DNA of 51,536 bases, from contig PIVU01000004.1 in assembly GCA_003354025.1 (NCBI GenBank), forward strand, positions 1 through 51,536. Direction: 5' to 3'. Below are positions 46,534-51,536 of this stretch, piece by piece. This DNA is from Nitrospirota bacterium. GTDB lineage: Bacteria > Nitrospirota > Thermodesulfovibrionia > UBA6902. The position numbers and the translations under genes are program-made. The notes below the pieces were generated by a model. That model worked only from the letters and a program-made list of their open reading frames with translations. It had not been told where the DNA came from and made no database searches. Each line of letters starts with the position of its first letter. The first letter of the stretch is position 1.

Positions 46534-48558
46534 TTAGTAACGTATATGTATGCCTGCTCCAAAGTCGTATTCAGAGTGGTGTTTCAGCATAGCGGAAAAG
46601 TATTTATTGATAGTCCAGCCTGCGCCTATTGCCCACTCTTCTTTAGACTCGCTGTCGTACTGAAATTCGCCTGTAACGTATAGACGGGCGGTAAGCTGCA
46701 GTTCATTTTCAAGAGATATTCTTGCATCTCCTTCAGTATCGAGCCATACCGTGCTTTCAAACATAAGCGGCAAGAGATACATAAAGCCGAAAATGCCGCG
46801 ATGCTCCTGTTCTCCGTCAGTTAACACGCCACCGGCAAAGGCCTGAAAGAAGCGGTTGAAATATCTTTCATATGTGAAGACCGCCTCATAATCATCATCC
46901 CATCCGGCCTCCCATGTGCCCCTCAATGTGTTTCGTGTATCTGCGGCAACTATCTGTCCCTCTGTTATCTGGGAAAGGATTGAGGCATCAGCCCAGGCGT
47001 ACCAGTGTTCTTTAAAAAGGTCCTTCCTGATAGCTGAAATTATCGGATCTAGTTCATCTCCTTCATAATGAACGATGCGTGCCATCCCGGCTTTCATGTG
47101 ATACAGGAGATGGCAGTGGAAAAACCAGTCCTGCTGTTCGTTTGCGTAAAACTCTATTACCCTCGTTCCGAGTGGAGGGACGTCCACAGTATGTTTCAGA
47201 GGTGAGTAGTCTCCGTGCTTATTGACTACCCTGAAAAAATGGCCGTGCAGGTGCATAGGGTGGTGCATCATTGTTTTATTAACCATAATGAAACGGACAT
47301 TCTCACCGCGATTAATCCTGATCATGTCAGCTTCATTTAATGTCTTGCCGTTCAATGACCAGACATAGCGTTCCATGTCACCTGTAAGCTCCAGTCTTAC
47401 TTCCCGTACTTCATGATCTTCGGACAGTGCTGTTGATGCCGGAGACTTAAGATTGTCATAGGGAGCCATTGGGCGTTTATTCATCGGCATTTTCATCATG
47501 CCGACTTCATGAGACATTCCCTTCATGGCACTGCCTTCTTTGCCATGACCTGCATGCATTTTGTAAAGATTCGGCTGAGGGACATTTTCTGCTGATACCC
47601 GTTCCCCCTGGCCTATGAAAAGCGAAGTATAACCCGAACCGTCCTGTGCTGTTGCACGGAATTCATACGCTCCATTTTCAGGAATCTTTATGATTACATC
47701 ATAGGTCTCCGCTATTGCGATAAGGAATCTGCCCGTATGCATTGGCTTCACATCTACACCATCGGCTGAAATGACTTTCATATGTCCTCCGGCAAACTGT
47801 ACATAAAAGTATGTTGATGCAGCTGCATTAATGATCCTCAGCCGGATGGTCTGGCCCAGCTGTGCATTGAGTTCTGATGAAGTTTGTCCATTAATAATGA
47901 ATGCATCGTAAGCAACATCCGAAATGTCCATGGGCGGCATGCGCATCCATGAGCGATTGATCACATTACCGAGGGCATTTTCTTGCAGAGCTCCGGAGAT
48001 ACTTTGCATTGACCCCTTTTTTAGTGAATAGTAATCATTCCCGCTTTTAAGAGTGCGGAGGATCTCATCGGGATTCTCATTGGTCCAGTCGGACAGTACG
48101 ACAACATGGTCAAGGTCGGTTTGTATTCTGGAAACAGCCGGTTCAATAACAATGGAGCCAAATACTCCCTTCTGCTCCTGAAGACCGGTGTGAGAGTGAT
48201 ACCAATACGTTCCTGAATGTTTTATGGGGAACTCATATGTGAATGTTGTGCCTGACAATATTGGCGGAGTCGTAACATATGGAACACCGTCTTGAAGATT
48301 CGGCAGTAAAATACCGTGCCAGTGAATGGAAGTCTCCATTTCCATTTCATTCTTGACATGGATTCTTGCGACATCGCCTTCTTTGAAGCGGAGAGTAGGA
48401 CCGGGAATTGACTCATTAATGGTCATGGCCTGTACATCAGTCCCTGTGAAATTTACGCTCTGGTTACGTATAACCAGACTATATTCTCTTTCTGATGCTG
48501 AGGCAATAATGCTGACAATAAGAAAACATAATGTAAAAAAGATGGTTCTTGTTTTCAT
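46534..48558 (-). CDS. multicopper oxidase (CopA/PcoA-like) with C-terminal beta-rich (CopB-like) extension
   Basis: SIHWHG, YWYHSH, HHPMHLHGH, FFHCHLLYHM; tail ends in alternating AGIHIRY. Confidence 0.92.
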   Translation of the reverse strand: MKTRTIFFTLCFLIVSIIASASEREYSLVIRNQSVNFTGTDVQAMTINESIPGPTLRFKEGDVARIHVKNEMEMETSIHWHGILLPNLQDGVPYVTTPPILSGTTFTYEFPIKHSGTYWYHSHTGLQEQKGVFGSIVIEPAVSRIQTDLDHVVVLSDWTNENPDEILRTLKSGNDYYSLKKGSMQSISGALQENALGNVINRSWMRMPPMDISDVAYDAFIINGQTSSELNAQLGQTIRLRIINAAASTYFYVQFAGGHMKVISADGVDVKPMHTGRFLIAIAETYDVIIKIPENGAYEFRATAQDGSGYTSLFIGQGERVSAENVPQPNLYKMHAGHGKEGSAMKGMSHEVGMMKMPMNKRPMAPYDNLKSPASTALSEDHEVREVRLELTGDMERYVWSLNGKTLNEADMIRINRGENVRFIMVNKTMMHHPMHLHGHFFRVVNKHGDYSPLKHTVDVPPLGTRVIEFYANEQQDWFFHCHLLYHMKAGMARIVHYEGDELDPIISAIRKDLFKEHWYAWADASILSQITEGQIVAADTRNTLRGTWEAGWDDDYEAVFTYERYFNRFFQAFAGGVLTDGEQEHRGIFGFMYLLPLMFESTVWLDTEGDARISLENELQLTARLYVTGEFQYDSESKEEWAIGAGWTINKYFSAMLKHHSEYDFGAGIHIRY

Positions 48559-48696
48559 TGTAATCTCCCCGGGAGCTTTAACAAATATTGTTTATGAGAA
48601 TATTATTGTTGATTTTTAAGGGATTTACAACTGAATTATAACAATGCAAACCAACCCTAATAGCACAACATATTAATTTTATAATTTTTCAGGCCT

Positions 48697-48730
48697 TCTT
48701 CACATTGTCTTCAAACTTATCAGGTACCTT
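48697..48730 (+). promoter_or_regulatory. TTCA direct-repeat box plus -10
   Basis: TCTTCA at 48697 and 48708; TACCTT at 48725. Confidence 0.75.
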
Positions 48731-48986
48731 ATAACAAGGATAAAACACATATGCCGCAGAACCGCTTGAGAAAACTGATCGTTAAGCAACGTGAAGTAGA
48801 CATACAACTTAGAGGTTGAAGCGGAGGTTGAGTTGGTCACAGAATTAAGGAGAACCTGTTGAATATCTTCAATAAAAGCCTGCCTTAATCATAAGGACCA
48901 GTTAACTGAACATTAAAATAGTGGTTTTTAAACAAAATTCATGAGAATTTTGAACAAGCGATTTGCGTCAAAAAAAGGAGAGAGGA

Positions 48987-49370
48987 ATGAGAAGGTTATT
49001 GATTATCCTAACCGGAATTATGATTTTGATGGGGAGCACTTATGCGTACAGTTTTAATGGAGAATTTAATTCAAGTGATATGAAAGTAAAAACCTCAACG
49101 GAAAATAGTCCTCTTAAAGTCGGAGATAATGCTGTTACTATCGAGCTGATCGATGCAAAGGGTGCAACTATTAAAGATGCAGAAGTTTCTGTTTATTTTT
49201 TCATGCCGTCAATGCCGGCGATGAATTATGAGGTAACGTCTTCGCTGGATGGAGAGAAGTATGCAGCAGTTATTAAACCGACAATGCCCGGAAAGTGGGC
49301 GGCTGACATAAAGGTGAAAAAAGCCGGAGGAGAGGAAAGCAAGGTCCAGGTTGATTTTGAGGCCAGGTAA
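48987..49370 (+). CDS. YtkA/FixH-like exported protein
   Basis: PLKVGDN..D..G..I.DA.V..MPSMPAM..Y..MPGKW; ATG 48987 after GGAG/GAGG. Confidence 0.8.
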   Translation: MRRLLIILTGIMILMGSTYAYSFNGEFNSSDMKVKTSTENSPLKVGDNAVTIELIDAKGATIKDAEVSVYFFMPSMPAMNYEVTSSLDGEKYAAVIKPTMPGKWAADIKVKKAGGEESKVQVDFEAR

Positions 49371-49391
49371 TAAGACTCCTCTGGAGATATT

Positions 49392-50666
49392 ATGAAAAAG
49401 GCGTTTATTGTAAAAATAATACTGCTTCTAATTGTTGTTAATGCCCATGCCGTGTTTGCTGATTCTTCGTCAGGACTTTCTACTTTGGAAGGATTAATAA
49501 TGGAGGCCCTTGAAAATAACCCGGAACTTAAGGCTTATGATGCAGCTGCAGAGGCAGCCATGCAAAAGCCGTCGCAGGCGAGGGCGCTTGATGATCCGAG
49601 GCTGGGGTTTGCACTTTCGAATTTGCCGGTTGATACCTTTAGATTTGATCAGGAGCCAATGACCCAGAAGCAGATATCGGTGAAACAGAAGTTCCCTTTT
49701 CCCGGCAAGCTTGACCTGAAAGGCAGTATAGCCGAACGGGGGCTGGATGCAGCGATGCAGGCATATGCGGAAAATAAGAACAGCATAACCGGCAGAGTGA
49801 AGGTTGCATACAATAATCTGATGTTTATTCAGAAAGCGCTCGAATTAATGGCAAAGAACCGTGATCTTTTGAATGAAGCCATCAAGACGGTGGAGACAAA
49901 GTATGTTGTCGGGGATGCAGGTCAGAAGGATGTTGTAAAGGCGCAGATGGAGCTTTCAGGAATAATTATGAAAATTATTATGCTGAAGCAAAAACAGGAG
50001 ACGGCTGAAGCACGGCTCAATACTTTACTGAACAGGTCGCTTCTGAAAGATATTGATACTTCGGGAGTATTGACTCCTACGCCTTTGACCATGACGTACG
50101 AGGACCTGGGCAGCCTGGCGGAAAATACGAGGCCCGCGCTTGCAGGGCTAATGCATAAAATTGAGCAGTCCCGTCTGGCAGGTAGATTGGCTGAGAAAGA
50201 ATACTATCCGGACTTTGATTTTGGAATAAGCTATGGGCAGCGTGACAATACTGATAAGCTCCAACGCCCCGACTTTTTCTCAGCATCGGTAACCATAAAC
50301 ATTCCTCTCTGGTATAAGACGAAAGAGAGAAGAAAAGTCCTGGAAGAAAAGGCGAAGGAAAGAGTGGCTGCAGAGCAGTACAACGCAATGAAAAACAATA
50401 TGCATTTCCGCATAAAGGAACTGCTTACTGAAATAGATATGCATGAAAAAGAGATAGCGCTGTTCCGGACAGGGTTGATCCCCCAGAGCGAGTTGTCATA
50501 TGAAGCGGCTCTGTCCGGGTATAAGGTGAATAAAGAAGGGTATTCATCTCTTATCAGCAGTCAGATAACACTCTATAACCACAGAATAGAGTACTACCGC
50601 GCTGTTGCTAACCATGAAAATAAAATTGCAGAACTGGAAGCAGCTGTAGGAAAACGCATTTTTTAG
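49392..50666 (+). CDS. TolC/CusC-like outer membrane efflux protein
   Basis: ALENNPEL, LDDP, Q.FPFPGKL, YYPDF, IPLW; upstream of a CusB-like gene. Confidence 0.9.
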   Translation: MKKAFIVKIILLLIVVNAHAVFADSSSGLSTLEGLIMEALENNPELKAYDAAAEAAMQKPSQARALDDPRLGFALSNLPVDTFRFDQEPMTQKQISVKQKFPFPGKLDLKGSIAERGLDAAMQAYAENKNSITGRVKVAYNNLMFIQKALELMAKNRDLLNEAIKTVETKYVVGDAGQKDVVKAQMELSGIIMKIIMLKQKQETAEARLNTLLNRSLLKDIDTSGVLTPTPLTMTYEDLGSLAENTRPALAGLMHKIEQSRLAGRLAEKEYYPDFDFGISYGQRDNTDKLQRPDFFSASVTINIPLWYKTKERRKVLEEKAKERVAAEQYNAMKNNMHFRIKELLTEIDMHEKEIALFRTGLIPQSELSYEAALSGYKVNKEGYSSLISSQITLYNHRIEYYRAVANHENKIAELEAAVGKRIF

Positions 50667-50706
50667 AGAATATATTTTATAGATGAAGAGGACGGAGGAT
50701 AACGGG

Positions 50707-51536
50707 ATGATCAAAAAGGCCATAAAACTGGGCGGAGTGTTTCTTATATTTGTACCGGCAATACTATTCTGGTCTGCATACCGCGCTGAAACAGGGGCTG
50801 GTCATGGAGAGGAAGTGAAAACCGGACAGGCCGTTACTGCGGACAGTACGGCAGGACAGGCGCAGAAGAAGGAGCGAAAAGTAAAATACTGGGTTGCACC
50901 GATGGATCCTAACTATATAAGGCAAGAGCCCGGCAAATCGCCGATGGGAATGGACCTTGTTCCCGTCTATGAAGAAGAGGGCGAAAAGTCTTCAGAAGGT
51001 GTAATCAGCATAGACCCTGTGACTGTCCAGAATATAGGTGTCAGGACTGCTGTTGTGACGAAAGGGCAGCTTTCAAAAAGCATCAGGGCTGCGGGGCGAA
51101 TTACATATGATGAAGAGCTTGTTGAACATATTCATATAAAGGTGTCCGGATGGGTGGAAGAGCTTCATGTTGACACTAATGGCCAGGAAGTGAGTGCAGG
51201 GCAGGCGCTTATGTCTTTCTACTCCCCGGAACTGGTGGCCAGCCAGGAAGAATATCTTCAGGCCCTGAGATACAGGGAAAAGACATCAGGATCTGAATTT
51301 CCGGAAGTGAAGCAGGGCGCAGTATCCCTGGCTGAAGCGGCAAGGAAGAGACTTCTATATATGGACCTCAGTACTGAACAGATTAATGAACTGGAAAAAA
51401 GCGGTGAGGTCAAAAAGGATATGGAGCTTTATACTTCCAGGTCCGGTGTTGTTATTGAGAAGACTGTGCTAAAGGGCATGAAAATCGGCCCTATGAAAGA
51501 ACTGTACAAGATCGCCGATTTGTCCAAAGTGTGGGT
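50707..51536 (+). CDS. CusB-like heavy-metal RND efflux periplasmic adaptor (truncated by window end)
   Basis: translated by hand: YWVAPMDPNYIRQEPGKSPMGMDLVPV, GRITYDE, GWVEEL, YSPELVASQEEYL, IADLSKVW. Confidence 0.9.
   Translation, partial: MIKKAIKLGGVFLIFVPAILFWSAYRAETGAGHGEEVKTGQAVTADSTAGQAQKKERKVKYWVAPMDPNYIRQEPGKSPMGMDLVPVYEEEGEKSSEGVISIDPVTVQNIGVRTAVVTKGQLSKSIRAAGRITYDEELVEHIHIKVSGWVEELHVDTNGQEVSAGQALMSFYSPELVASQEEYLQALRYREKTSGSEFPEVKQGAVSLAEAARKRLLYMDLSTEQINELEKSGEVKKDMELYTSRSGVVIEKTVLKGMKIGPMKELYKIADLSKVW

Noticed and set aside
490-50413. Many short or antisense ORFs in the track (e.g. 1305-1847, 15985-16485, 25935-26405, 40806-41255, 45129-45725)
   Set aside because: They overlap well-supported genes on the opposite strand or in another frame and show no motifs, so they are shadow ORFs.

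Overview
Bacterial chromosomal window; the gene content suggests an anaerobic Nitrospirota/Deltaproteobacteria-like organism, which is an inference. It has three parts. (1) 0.4-9.4 kb is housekeeping: tlyA, dxs, ispA, an acyl-CoA ligase and the dTDP-rhamnose genes rfbACBD. (2) 9.5-27 kb is a PEP-CTERM/exopolysaccharide and adhesin region. It holds two PEP-CTERM proteins, the system acyltransferase and ATPase, PrsK and PrsR split by a PAPS-reductase/CysD-like gene, a GlrK/lipoprotein/GlrR-like triad, sigma54 promoters, and an FN3 surface protein behind a CRP box, a c-di-GMP-I riboswitch and a terminator. (3) 28.4-51.5 kb is a copper/envelope-redox region: membrane polyferredoxin, Met/His-rich ZraP-like proteins, CopZ, RseC, a diguanylate cyclase, NosL, a multicopper oxidase and CusC/CusB-like proteins. 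The ORF track misses several things. Two genes are selenoproteins (TlpA-like UGWC and DsbA-like UPFC), each with a SECIS-like hairpin. An 11-bp-period (T/A)(C/A/G)TTCA direct repeat sits at a fixed 17-nt offset from a -10-like hexamer at about 10 promoters, defining a candidate regulon. One of those promoters drives a candidate ~110-nt structured sRNA whose C-rich hairpin is complementary to a tandemly duplicated leader of a PEP-CTERM gene. An A8 tract frameshifts a signal peptide off a ZraP-like gene. All calls were made by eye; no database searches were run.
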